NCBI GenBank assembly: GCA_012295275.1
Contig: CM022665.1
Coordinates: forward strand, 10,540,001-10,604,000
Direction: 5' to 3'
Origin: Chrysomallon squamiferum
Taxonomy: Eukaryota; Animalia; Mollusca
DNA: 64,000 nt
Shown here in pieces: positions 38,749 through 53,683 of the stretch (the first letter of the stretch is position 1; every line of letters begins with the position of its first letter). The translations under genes and the position numbers were made by a program. The notes beneath the pieces were generated by a model. That model did not search any database, was not told the origin of the DNA, and saw only the letters and a list, made by a program, of their open reading frames with translations.

Positions 38749-41700
38749 CTGTATATATAGATATATAAAGATTCTTTTAATGTAGATGTAGACAGCAACA
38801 TCACAGATTCTGGGCACGTCAGGTCTTCGTATTTGTTTTGTTCTGTTTGGTCTTTTTTGTTTGTTTTTTTAGAGATAAAGACAGAAATACAAATTGAAAA
38901 GACACACACACACATTTACATACAGTGAGTTATGTAAAAATTAACAGCTATTTTCCAAAATGTTGTATTTTTTCTTTTTTTTGGGGGGGGTTCAGAACTT
39001 ACTTTTTACCAGATTGCTCAAATTCACTAAAATGTGTGACATACTGTAATGATACAGAACACAGTGATCATGCGTAATGTCATGAAATGATGAAATCTCA
39101 AATATTTACTGTGATTTTTTTAACACTGGCAGAATGCAAAAGCAGAAATTTGAAAAAAAAACAACTTTTCATATGCAGCAGCATAAAGCTCAAGGCTTTG
39201 AGGCAACTGTAGTTTGCTGCAGTTAGTAAATAATATTTTACTATATTAAAGATGCTAATGTGTCTACTGTTAAGCCAGAATATTAAAAGATTTTACAAAT
39301 CTAATCTCTTTATATATTTTAATAATCACAAACAAACAAAATAAATAAATAAATAAATAAATAAATTTTAAAAATCCCCATATTATAAATAATAAATTGA
39401 CAGACATTTAAAATGTTGTAATGAGTAGTATTCAGAAATAATACTGAAGAATTGTATCAAGATTTATTTTTATTTGATTATGTCTACTTTTAAAGACATT
39501 GCAGGATATTTAAAATAATGTTTTCAAAATTATTATTTATTTATTTTAATTGAATCTATTTATGGATTAAATAAAAAAAAAAAATCAATTTTTTTTGTTA
39601 TATTAAAAAAAAAAGAAAAAAAAGGGAAATCCTTGATATGTTATTTGTTATTTATTATAACAGCTATTCTAAAAGCATTAAGTTAGTTCTAAGGATGAAG
39701 AGTACTAGATACATATTTTATATTCAAAAATTAATTAACTGTTTCTTACCTGGTTTATTGGATTCTTCTTTGTTTTTTCACTGTTGCTTCAAATTCTGGA
39801 CGAAGTGTCTCCTGATTTAAATAAAATTAAATTTAGTCATAAAATTAGATGAAGTTGTATGAAAATAATTTTAGAATTTATTACAAATGTGTTTATATAG
39901 ATATATAGATGAAAAATAAATAATAGTAATAATAATACTTACAATAAAATCTATTATGGAAAAAACCTGAATTAAAATTTTTAAAACAGAAAAACCACAT
40001 AAATACTGTCTAATACATTTTACAAGAAACCCTAATATTTTTTCACAATTCAGAATTGGAAATATTTATATGTTAATGGTAAAACTGCGTTTCAATATTC
40101 ATTCAAGGCATTTTTATTTTATTTTAAACCCATTTATTTTGTGAATTGTAAAGTTGTGTATTTCTGTCTCAATACCTCTTCCTCAAAGTCAGCCACATCC
40201 CAGTCATATTCTATTTCTGCCTGCTTTCTCTTCCACATCTCATGAAAAAATGTTGCTATAAAAAAATTTAAAATATTTAAAAAAAAGAATATGAATTAAT
40301 GAATCAAATAATCATAGAAAAAAACGAAAATTTTACTAAAAATGAAAAAAACAAAAAAATGAAAAGAAAAAAGTTCTAAATATATAAATTAATTAAATAT
40401 TTAATAAATAAATAATAGTTTTACATATTAAAGTGACAAGTAATGAAAAGAAAATAAATAAAAATGTTAAACATGATTTACCCCATAAAGCCATAAATGC
40501 AGCAAATGCAACTGTAGCTTCATTGTCAAAAAGGTAGGTAACCATAGAATACAGACAACTTCGCTGAAGTTGCCAGTATGAGCAACGTTTGTCACAGAGT
40601 GGACACATTATCAAATTTCCTGGTTCATCATTTTTATCACACACATCCTGACTGGAATGGAAAATGAATAAAATTATTTAACCATATTTTTAGACTAGTA
40701 TTATATTCTGTCAATGGCAAAAAAAAAAAAACATACAAAAATACAACAAAAAAAATATACAGATAAAACAACACAACTGGCTATTATTTTATCAACTAGC
40801 AGAAAGTGATCTTTCCCCAAGAACCTTGCCACAGACAGGAAATCATATACCATGGTGTTTCATATTCCAGTCCAAAGATGGAAAAAGTACAATGGATCCA
40901 CTAATAAGAATCAGTTCTGTGACCTATCACACTTGATTTGACTTGAAAACAGTCGATTAAAAAACAAAAGCATTTTAATATTTATAGTCCTCAACAATAT
41001 GGCCATCTTAAAGATTTCAGGCTATACTTTATATCTTTACAAATTACACTGTCACCTGATTTAATTTAGAGTTTTATGGATAACAAAAAGAAAATTCACA
41101 ACAGTGAAAAGCAAATACCTGGCAGGGTCGTCCCACATTAAACCCAGTCCATAGAAGAAAGCCACTAATCCACATATTGCAGCAGGAATTAGCAGTGCAG
41201 TGTAGAAACCCAGCCAACAGAAATATATGCCTATCTTCTCTCCAAAATATTTTCTGAAATCACAATATTTCACACTTATAGACAATTACACATTATTTTG
41301 TTTTGGTTTCAGTTAAATTTTCCTTTTTCTTCTTCTTCTTCTTTTTATTATTAGTAGTATTAGCATTTTTACTACGGCTACTACTACTACTATCATTATT
41401 ATTTCCATTATTATTATCGTCATCACCATTTTAACTATTTTTCTTCAATTTGTAAAAAAATATAAATAAGCTAGAATCTGGAACACTTTCCTATCATCAA
41501 GTAGAGAAAAGCAAACTGTCAGCAGTTTTAAATCAAGGCTCAAAACTTTTCAGATTTTATATTTTTATATTTTGTCAACTGAGCAGTACTATTAAGCACA
41601 TTTCAAATTGTGCTATATAAATATCAGTTTTATTATTATTTATTAATTGTAGTAATATACTAAAAAATTGATAATCTGCAAATAAGATAAGCACAATGTT

Positions 41701-44623
41701 CAATGATGTTTCTTTGCTATTGCCAGTGTTCAAAACATTTGATATCATCTGAAAATATTGCAGGGAAAAGTTAAGTTTTTTAGATTGGCTTAATGGATGA
41801 TATTACCATAAATCATGATATTTTATGCCTAAAAAACAGCCTTGGCTTAATGGCCAGATGAACTTAATACATGTGACCCATGGCAGAAATAAATGAACAT
41901 ACATTTTTGTTTGCTAAATTCATCTTACTTGGGGTGATTACTGTTAGTGTATACCTTATGTGATCAAGAGGCTGATATTTGTACCAAGCCCCTGGTCTTG
42001 CCCATGTCATATACAGCAGCTGCAATTAAACATTACATAAAACATGAGAAAATATCCAGCAACATTAATAAGAAGATAATAATGTCTATCTAGATATTTC
42101 AAGCTGTAACTGAGAAAAATGAAAACTGAATACCTGGCATAATATTAAAATATGTTTTTATTGGATTTTCTTTTTAAACAAGACATGCTGGTCTCATTAA
42201 TATTAATTTTATTATAGACCATATAAAAAAGGTTAGTATGTTGCTCATGAAAATATTCAGTCTGATTTATGAGTGCAGATGTATGAAAGAAGAAGACAAA
42301 ACTAAATTTACTAATACTTACATGCCGATCATTTTCTTTTCCTCTGGTCAGTAGAGAATGTTCACTTTTGTAATAGCCCTGATGTTTTACAAAATAAATA
42401 AATAAATAAATAAATAAATAAATTAATAATAATAATAATTGGAACAACAACAACAACAACAACAGCAACCATAATAATAATAAGAACAACAACAACAATA
42501 ATAATAAAATGAAAGAAAAATCACCACAATTCATTGTTCTATTTATTGTAATTGAAAACTATAAAATGTCCTACATCATGTTTAAAGTATTTAGAAATTG
42601 GAAAAAAAATGCAAAGAAGGACATGAAAACATGTAAGGTGATAATGAAAATGTATATTTAGGTCTACCTCGTGGAGAGGATAAGCAGAATCATATGCTCC
42701 TGAAGACAGCATCACCTTGATACCTAGAACATAAAACAAACAGAATAAACATTTCCCCTGTAAACAGCAGTTTTATAACAAAATTGTAAAACAAAGATGT
42801 GACAACAGAACAGAATGAGCCTGGCTGGTGCTGAACATTAATATTTTTATAGCACATGGAATGAATCAGGCAACTGAATGAAGATTGATGTATAATTCAA
42901 ATGTACACTCCAATGAGTGTCCCAGTAAAGAAGTTCAAGAATGAACAAAATAAAATTAATTATAGTTATGCTTTGTCAGACTAGTAAGTGTTATTATGAT
43001 TTACTGGTTGAATAAAGATATAAAAATTCATTAAAAAAAAAATAATAATAATAATAAATAAATCATTTTTAAAAATATGTGGAAAATATTAATAAGTAAA
43101 TAAAGCAAACATAAATTCCAACAGGTTATTTTGATATTTCTCAACATTTAAAAAAACAAGACAAAAAACAGCAATTAAGATTTCAGTATTAATTATCCTG
43201 TGTCATTCCTGAAATAAACAAATATCTGAAAATTATTAATTGTAAAATCTTACCAAATTTGTTTTTATTTTTATCACCATTCTCAAAGACACACCTAGTG
43301 AGGATCTGATAGACAATCAAACTGCGCTGAGCAGGTGTGAAAAATGTTTCTCTATCGTCAATAATGAACCTGTCAGTATATATACATATATATATTAATA
43401 ATAATAATAATAATAATAATCTGAAATATATATTTTTCACTGTTTTGTATTTTCTCAATTCCTAACATTTCCAAACTAAAATTATGTTAAGTCCTACAGT
43501 ACCAACTAAATATAGGTATTATGTTTATTAAAAACATGTTAATATGGAGAATGAAAACAAACTGTGTGTACATTAATAAATAAAGTAATTTTAAAACTTG
43601 ATCTACTATCTTCCAAAGAACAATATAATACAGACACTTATGAAACTCTATTGTGACTTATGTAAAATCAATATAGTTTGAAGGAAAAAACATTATTTCA
43701 GTAACTGATTATTTCATAATGACAATTGTTAGATTATCTAGATGTAATTTTATGACAGCCTAGAAGTTTTTAAGTTTCAGTATATATGATATGGGTTTAA
43801 TATGTCCTATACATGTACATATATTATTACACATACATTTACATATTTACCATGTACATATACATATACTTTTAAAAATAATTTAACAGTTTCATAATTA
43901 CTGTATGTAAAAAGGGGGAAAAAATTGAAAACTGAAAATGAAATAATAGATTAATAAAGATGTTCTTCTTTTAAAATATTAAAATTTGATTGATACCAGA
44001 TATAAACTTGCTTGTCAACATTTTAGTAAGTAAAAATCGTTTGAACTAAAAACTAGGTGATGGAAAATTTTAATGACATCACAACCAATGCACCATCTCC
44101 ACTAACTGTAATATATATATATATATATATATGTAAATATGAGATAGGAGGTTTTAAAATTCAGTGTGATCTGATAATATTAATATTATTAACAGTATTA
44201 AAGAAACATGCATCTTTATACCAGATTTATCTCAAAAGCACAATTTCACTATTTAGACACTTGATATATGCAACTGAATACAAACAACATCTATTACAAA
44301 AGATAGCTTTTATACTGCTAAGCATCCACATATAAATCATGCATCTACATATTTAATCCTTGAAAAAGAAAAATAAAGAACATTTTTATTAAATAATAAT
44401 AGTAATAAAATTAATATATAATTCAAAAGATTTAATTCCCCTGTCACATTACGAAATAATGGATGTAATATAACTATATCTATCTATCTATATATATATA
44501 TATATATTACATGATATCAATAATATTGTTAAAAAAATAAATTTGCTTGTTACATTTTTACTTAGGTGGTTTTTTTTGGATATCTGAATATTATTTTATT
44601 TAGAAGGAATGTAAGTGAAGCTT

Positions 44624-44659
<36 letters not shown>

Positions 44660-45416
44660 CTTCTGTATTAAAAAAGTAATTTACATTATGTAACATGTAT
44701 GCAATCTGTCTTACTAACCTATACAATAATTTTATTTTAACAACATTCAGGCTATTTTAAGTCTAAAAATCAAAAGAAATCTGTGCACATTAATAAAAAC
44801 CCATGCAAGTTTAATAAAGTGAAAAGTAAAGATGCATGTGCATTATTTTATTTATAGTTTTATAGTGTCTACTTTCAAGGTATGTTTTATATTTATGAAT
44901 GACTGGTATATACTGCTGTACTGCCAAAGAAAATTTTATTAGTTTCATTAAAATATTTAAAGCCATGGTACAAATAAATCAGTAATATTTTCCACTTTAA
45001 ACAGATCCTACTAGAGAAATTAGTTTAGTTTAAATTTAATAATAATAATAAGAAGAATGAAATAAGAAAACCCATGAAGTTAATGAAGTCAAGAAATCTC
45101 AATATTTTAAACTTTTAAAATGTTTTTTTATACAGATGTATCTTCAAAATCTATCCCACTGGTGTAATAAATATTCCTGAAAATTATGAATTCATGCTGA
45201 CCATACTAATTTAATAAAAACAACAAATTTTTCAACATGAAAATAACAACAACAACTAAATAAGTAAATAAATAAATGACATGACATTCTAACATGAAAT
45301 GCATGCAAATGTCAAGCTTGTTATCTAATTAACTAACTCATTTTTGGATATTTTGAGAAAAATGAAAATATTAATAATTATTATAATAATAACAATAACA
45401 GTGACAATAAAAATAA

Positions 45417-45451
<35 letters not shown>

Positions 45452-48400
45452 AAAAAAATGTCAAAAAGAAAGAAAGCCTGATTTACTGATAATTCAATAT
45501 TCATTTTAGTAAACATTTAATATATCTTATATACCAGTATTTTATCAGTTCTACCAATGAATTAGACTTTTAAGTAATGTGAGGAGTCTGAAAGATGAAA
45601 CTGGCATAAAATAAACTTAATCCAAAATATGAGTTAGTAATCAGCCTCAGAGCTTAACAAACAGTGTGTGTCTTGGCTTAAACTAAAATGTGCCCAAACT
45701 AAACTGAATTAGATTTCAAATATCCAAGCCACAGAATATCTGTATAAAAAAAAAAAAATGTAAACATTCTTCCAAAAACTGCTTTATCTGACATGCTTGT
45801 AATTAGACATGATTTTAAACTAAACATTTTGCTAAAAACCATTACACATGCATTTTCCCACGCAATAAAATGAAACATTCAACATAAAATCTTACATTCC
45901 TCTGTTGATTGGTGGAAATGGAAGAAAAAAGAAATTTAAAGATGATTTGTAAAAATAGATAATTAAAATTGTTTGAAAAAACAACAAAAAAACCAGAAAA
46001 GAAAGATAAGAAATAAAAAACAAGATAATTGAAAAAAGAGCATTAAAAACAACAATATAATAATAATTAGTTGATAAATAATTTATTCAGAAACATACAG
46101 TTAAATATTCTAAATATTTTCAACAAAATGACTGAGAATGCTGGATATTCTTTGCTCTGCAGGTATCTTGGATTTTGGAACTTTCTGAATTTTGAAATAT
46201 GATATGATAGTTTGATGATGGACCTCAAGATCAAACATACAAACCAATTATATTTTATATACAGTTTATACACAGTATGAAAGTAATTTTATAAAATATT
46301 CTTAATAATTTAATATACAGTGGGGAAAAAGTTCACTATGAACCAAACACAGAAAAGTGAACTATTACTGCCTTGAAAAAAAGCAGTTTTGCATTTTGGA
46401 GATTTTTGGATTTGGAATTTTGAATAAGAGATGCTCAGCCTAGATATAAAACCTGCAGCACATAAATCATTTTGTTTTATTCTGACTACATAGTTCTTCC
46501 AGTACATTAGAAACCTACAGGCAGCTGATAAAAACAACTGAAACAGGAAACTAATACAAATTTGAGTACGTACTGAGAAAAGAGCATCCATTTAACCTTG
46601 AGTTTAGTATGTCCCTGAACATGGAGAACTGTTGTTCATTGAGTTTTTATTGGTTTTATTAATGACTCTTTGACAGAGTTATTAAATTTTTAAGTACATC
46701 TGTTGTACAGTAAATCAATTTAATAACTACTAACGCGATAATGTTAGCCTGGACTAGGTCTAGCTCTGTGGTTAACATGTGGGTCAAAGACATCATGGGT
46801 TTCTGGATCAATTCTTGTTACTGATACTGTCAGATAACATCCCATTACAACCAATGTCTCATGACTAATTTAACAAATATTATCTTAGTGCTTTGCGGTC
46901 TTTACTAAGTATCATCATCTGTACTTAATAATATTTGTATGAATATAAACTGTTTAACTATGTCCAGATGTTTTCAAATGAATTCAGTGATGTTCTAATT
47001 CTCTCTGAGCAGAATATTAAGAGATATAGCAAGTTATAAAGATTCGTTTGGCTGGCAAATTGCTAACAAAATGAACAGGTGATTGGACAGCAAATATATA
47101 TACTGTGGTAAATGTGTTGTCACCTGTGTTTTTTCTGTTATGATTTCACTGTAGACACATCACTAAAATAACACAGGAATATAGTTTTGTTATGAATATG
47201 TCTTTACACAACAGCTGAACTTAATTTGTATATATCAGTGAAAACAAACATTATGTACATGTGTGTGTGTATATATATATGTGTGTGTATGTATATGTCT
47301 GTAAAACACACACACACACACATTCATACCCACACATGGAAAATACTTACTGGTCAATTCTGTCTCTAGAGAAGGCGGCTGTGAAAAAGTTAGTTTCATC
47401 AGGTAAAATGGAGGTGTCATAGTCAAAGGGTGATGGACATTTATCCCAGCAGGTGGTAACAGTATCCAACAGATCATTCTCCTTAAAAAAGAGACACACA
47501 AAACAGTTATAAAAACCAGCTGTACAAAATAAATAAACAAACAAACAAATAAATAAAAAAGAATGTATAAAACAATTAACAGGAGAAAAAAAGACAAAAT
47601 AATTTTAGAAACAAATTGGAAGAATTTTAAAATAACTGAATTGAACAAAAAAGAAAACAAAAGACTAAAAATTTGAGTTAGAGGCCATAAAAAACAAAAC
47701 AAAAACAACAACAACAAAAGAACAACAAAACAAACAAGGACATTTCTGATAATAAGAAAAGAAATCTGCTGTTGTCACGTCAAAGTCTGTTGTTTCTAAT
47801 TAACAGCAAGGGTCTTTTTAATAGGCTCCAGTTGTGGAGTGCTGGATGTGAATAACTCAATGCATCAACCAAGACTCAAAGGATTTATTTGACAACCCCT
47901 AACATTCTATCATTTACAGAGAAACAGAAAAAAGCTTAGCTACTATGCCAGTTTAACATAAACAGAAATTCCGGAAATAAGCTTTTGATTATCCTTCAAA
48001 ATAACTTAAAATGCAAAATTTTCATTAATATATATTTTTTAAATCTTTATAATAAAACATAAAATAAACATACGAGTTTACTTTGCTCGTATGTCAAATT
48101 AGTTTTCCCAAATGAAATTAACTGAAATACCATTAATCCGTTCCAGCATACCAAAAGCCACACCATTTTTTGTTTTTGTAACATGTTTTTAAATAAGAAA
48201 AATATATTTATAAATGACAAATATTGTATAAAAACAAAATAAAAGAGAATGTAAAGAAATAAATTGGTTTTCTAAAGTGTATTTATCTTGGAGATCAGAC
48301 AACTTAGCCTAATTTCTTTTCACTTTACTTTCGCTTAACTTAATATTCTTGAGTGATTTTTAGCCTTCTCATCATGCTTTCTTCACTTTCTTCTGCAGGG

Positions 48401-49152
48401 CATTTCAGTAAACAAACTTTCGATGGTTTGTTTCGTCCTCCCTTTCAGAAAACTCAAGCACAACACACCAGAGATGATTCCACAGCAAGGTAATGCAAAC
48501 AAGAGAGACGCTAGGTTGTGTTGTTTGTTGTGCCAACTAGCATGCTCTTAACTCAAATTTTGGCTCGCAACTCAAAGCAAAAAACTGATAGGGCGACTGG
48601 TCATAACTAAAAAAACTCGTAAGTTGTGGCACTCATAAGCTGAGGTACCATGGTATGTAAAAAAATAAATAAATAAATAAAAACAACATTTAGAAAAGTA
48701 AAATATTTTAAACACATTACTTTTAGTGGCATCTTCATGTTTGTTATCTCAGCATACCGAATAAGCACATCCCATGTGGCATGTATCTTGACAAACTTAA
48801 CTTTGTTGTCCTTTGAATACTGTAAAATAAAATTTAGCAAAAATCACATAAAATTTCAATATGACAGTTTGCCAATTTTACTCAAAATGCTTATAGAATA
48901 TTTTGTTAACACATAATTTTAGTTAACCTTATAATCAGAAACAAATACATTTTGACAATAATACTACTATATTATACTACTATGGTGTTTTTGTAAATGT
49001 GATAGAAGTAACATCTCTGCAATTAAGAAAATAGCTGCAAAAAAATAATGTCCTTAACAGTTTTCAACACAGTTTTGTCTTTAAAATGTTTTCAATACTA
49101 TAATGGAAAAGATAGCAAATAAAAAAAAAAATATATATATATACATACATAT

Positions 49153-49183
<31 letters not shown>

Positions 49184-49240
49184 TTTCAGTCACTGAACAA
49201 AAATAAAGCTTTTTGGAGTGGAACTATTTTTACTTCTTCA

Positions 49241-49272
<32 letters not shown>

Positions 49273-52200
49273 CAAAGTTACTTATTTAGACTTAAATTGC
49301 CCGTTAGATCTTAAAAAATCATTTTGAAAGCAGTTTCCATTTTACAAAATGACAAAACAAATTATTGTTATTTAAGAAATACATTGTCTTGTAGTTCAAA
49401 AATAAAATCAGTACATGTGTATGTATGTGTACATCATGAGCTGTGATTTAAAAAATGAAAAAGTAACTGGTTAAGAATTTTGCTCAGGACAAAATGCAAA
49501 TGTAGGCCTTCTTTAAAATGAATCATTTTATTAAGATTAAATTGAAATATTAGAAAAAGTATTTCTGTAAATGACAAACATGACAACTCATTATCAACTA
49601 GGTTTTTATGGTTTATATTAACACATCTGTGTTTTGTTATATTTTATGATTAACATTACATATTTATAACTGAGTGATCAGTTGGCAATCCTCCACCCTA
49701 AGCATGGTTATTAACTACATTGTAACAGTGTGGGAATACTGGGAACACATGCAGTAATGGGAAAGTTGTATGAATTATTTACATAAATAAATAAATTAAT
49801 TAATAATAATAATAACAATAATAATAATAATAACAACAACAACATTAATAATAATTATTATGTTGCTGGAAATATTTTGGATGCTTGAAATAATGAATTT
49901 ATCCAAAATAAATGTTCATTTAAAAATTACTATAAGAAACAAATAAATAAATAAAATAAGATGCAGTATTTATATAAAAAAATAAAATAATTGAATTTAT
50001 ATTAAAATGCAAGGATGACATCCACGTGTGAAAAATATTTTTTCTTCTGATAATTGTTACTGAAATAAAATTAAAACAAAATAATAATAATAAATATAAA
50101 AATAAGAATAAAATATGATAAAAATAAATTAACATATACTAAATAAAATAGATTTAGCTGTATTTCTTTCAGACACAAATTGGATTATATGAACAGAATC
50201 AGTAATTGTTTTATTATTTTTAAATATTTTACCCTCGTGTTCTTAAATAAAGGGAAAAAAAATAATGAATGACCGGTATCTTTATTATAGACTGTGAAGT
50301 GAAAACAATATAAATAAAAAATAAAAGAAAAAAAGAAATAAAGAAATTAATAACAGAAATTTTATTTTGTTGTTGAATTAAGTTTTAAATGCTTGCATGG
50401 TAAAATAAATCTGTTTTTCAAATTAACACAAGACATTTTAACAAATTTCATTAACATTTACTAGTTTAATAGAATGTGAGTGAAGTGTAACATGCATAAT
50501 ATAGGGTGAAATGCACATGCATGAGAACTGAACATGAGTGAACATTTATCTATACTTCATCCAAGGATACATGCAAATAGTGAAAAGTGATTGAGTGCTC
50601 TTACGAAGTGAAATACATGCTTAAATGTGCAGCACTAACAGAGTGACTAAAATTATACAAAACATCTTAAGACAACAACAGTGTTTTTTACACTATATTA
50701 CACACTATTACTTCTAAAAATGTACCTAAACTACTTTTTAAAAATGTACTGCAGTATTATTTTATTTAAACATTTTTTTTTTTGTACAAGTTTCATTTTG
50801 TCTAAACAGTATTATTTTATTTAAACATTTTTTTTTTTTAAAATGTACAAGTTTCATTTTGTCTTATCTTTTTTTTTTTTTTTTTTTTTTAAATACAGCA
50901 GTATTATTTCATTTAAATAATTTTAAAAAATTGTACAGCAGTATTATTTTGTGTTAAAGAACCTTCTAAAAATGTACTGCAGTGTTATTTTATGTAAACA
51001 ATTAAAATAAATAACTGTTGTATTATTTTATCTAAACATTTTAACATTTTAAACTGCAGTATTGTTTTACATTAAACAACTTTCTAAAATCTTTAATGTG
51101 CAATCATATTTATCTGGCGAACAAGTAATCCAGGTAACTATAATGCTATTATAATTATTTACAAGATTCAGATTTTAATATGACTATCAGTGTTTAAGAA
51201 TAATTTTTAATATTTGGTTTTACACATGTTAATGCTGCACTACATTAAAATAGATTCCTGTGTTACCTAAAAGGTGATAAAATCATGCCTCAAATATTGT
51301 GAATCAGAATATACTGGTAATACACAAAATATTAAAAAATTTAGCAAGGCCTTAAGAAAGGTTATCAAGATGCTAGATACATAAAGATCGACTGAAACAA
51401 AAATCAAATGTCTCCAAACAAATGTACTGATCAATATTAAACTCCACTATCCCATTTTTATCCTTTAGAATGATAGCATATTGTGTTTCAAAGCATTGGG
51501 GAACTGATTTATAATCAATAGTTCAAATCCAACACTAAATTTATTTAAAAAAAAAAAAAAAAAAAAATTAAATGGAAAATAAAAAGCTTTCTTAAGAAGC
51601 TTGAATAAGTATTTGTAAATAACATGCAGCGTAAAATTAAAATCAGCTTATATATCTTTTTGAATATTTAAGATGTTGATGTTCTTTAATGTTTTCCGTC
51701 ACCATTGTTTTGGATTTATCTAAATTGTTGTAGTTACTAAGTATTTTCTAATTTACAGTTTGAGCATGACAGTTAGTGTAGATTAGGTGTAACGTGGGTG
51801 GGTAAGCATTATACTGAACCCGAAAACATATATGGTTTTTTTTTCTTTTTTTAATATATTTATATATACTCACCATAATAATAAATCAAGTTGTGGTTAC
51901 CATGACCCAGTTAAAAGAAAAACATTAGCACAGTAGTAAAAAAATGTCACAAGAAAAATAAATGTTTATATGAATTGTATACAATTTAAACAGAAACCAC
52001 ATTAATATAAATTTTGAAAAATGTTAATAAATAAATGAAAAATGATTAAAGAAAGAAGCTGGATAAAAAAAAAATAATAATAATAAAAATTTATAAATTA
52101 AAAATATGACATATTTATGTATATTTGCTCGTTCTGTTTTCTTACTGAAACTATATGTTTATATATAGTACAAAACAGAAACAGACAATAGCCTATATTT

Positions 52201-53429
52201 AATGCTTAAACTATATAAAGACAGATTTATCATGCAACACAACACTACATTTGTCAAACGTTTTTTGGACAGAACAGATGGCATTCACAATGCAGATTTG
52301 AGAAAAAAATGTTTCTGGGGGGTTTTAATATGCAAAAAAATGGGATATATAAACTATAATAACATTTAATATCCTACAGATTTCATTTCACATAATTCTC
52401 GTGTCTATTAGAACTGCAATGCTTAAAACTTTGTATAAACTATATTTGTCTTTTAATGAATACCTGTAGTGATATAAAATACATACATCTCCATGTCCTT
52501 TGCTAACAATAAAGTATTATAAAATAACAAGCCTGAAAAGAGATGTTAATTAGTTGCCAAATAATAAATAAATGGAAAACATAAAGGTTTCTGTTTTCAT
52601 TACTTAATATACCAAACAAATACCAATAATAATAAAGATATTCAAGTTATTTATTTTGCCTATACTCATAAACTGAAAATAAAAAAAATTACTGAAATAC
52701 ACAGCTATTAGGCATGCTTGTTAAGACTGTGAGATTGATGTTTCACCTGTTTATCTTCTTCCTCAAGTTCTAAACCTTCTCGTCTCAAGTTCTGTTCAAA
52801 CACTTGTCTCCTCTCAGCTTTTTCTGAGTCTGTTTTGTTGTTCTGATAAGCCAGAACAAAGTCAATTCTTCTCTTTCCATCTCTGAAGAATAATGTGTGT
52901 TCCACAGGCTGCTGCAAAATTTAATATTGTATATGTTTATATATGTAAAAAGTATGTCCCTGGACAAATAATGCGTAAATAAATAATAATGTTAAGTCTG
53001 CTTAAATTAAAGGATCCATAACATAATTAAAAAGAAATGACATGTTATGGATTTGTTTCACACGCACACACATCACGCATATGCACGCACGTGCGTGCAC
53101 ACATACACTCAGAGGTTTGCACTCAACTACACATGCACACACAAATGCCATAAGAAGATTCATTTCATAGTTTATCACAAAAAGAAACAGAGATACCAAT
53201 TTTAAGAAAAATAAATATAACTCTATTATTATTATTATTATTATTATTATTAAAGGAAATAGAATTCAACACTTTTCATTACATCATTGAATAGATTATT
53301 TACACTAATGTACTAGCAGACAATATGTACTTGATTAACATTAAATAATTCCTTTTAAGCTACATCATGTGTATTTAGATAAATTAATTAATTATAAATA
53401 TATAAATACAATTTTCATAATTTTTAATT

Positions 53430-53472
<43 letters not shown>

Positions 53473-53624
53473 TTTTTTTAATGATTTATGTGACTTTGTG
53501 GTGTTCTACTCTTAAAAGAAAAAAGGAAATAACTTTTTTCTGCTTATAACATTCAATGTTCAACTTACCTTACTTTTTAGTATTTTATTCATTATTTAAT
53601 TATTTACATTTGTTTGTATGGGTC

Positions 53625-53683
<59 letters not shown>

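Noticed and set aside
38691-38915. Complex-looking peptide [14 protein letters not shown] in the large anoctamin intron
   Set aside because: No usable splice sites and no similarity to anoctamin; flanked by microsatellites.
39003-39026. 24-nt minus-strand segment ag|TGAATTTGAGCAATCTGGTAAAAA|gtaagt resembling EFE..KK
   Set aside because: It begins with TGA in the required phase 0, cannot repair the frameshift, and the similarity is short.
39772-39779. AAAAAAC as a canonical -1 ribosomal slippery heptamer
   Set aside because: The reading frame is GTG AAA AAA CAA, not xxA AAA AAC, so the heptamer is out of register. A sequencing error is more parsimonious.
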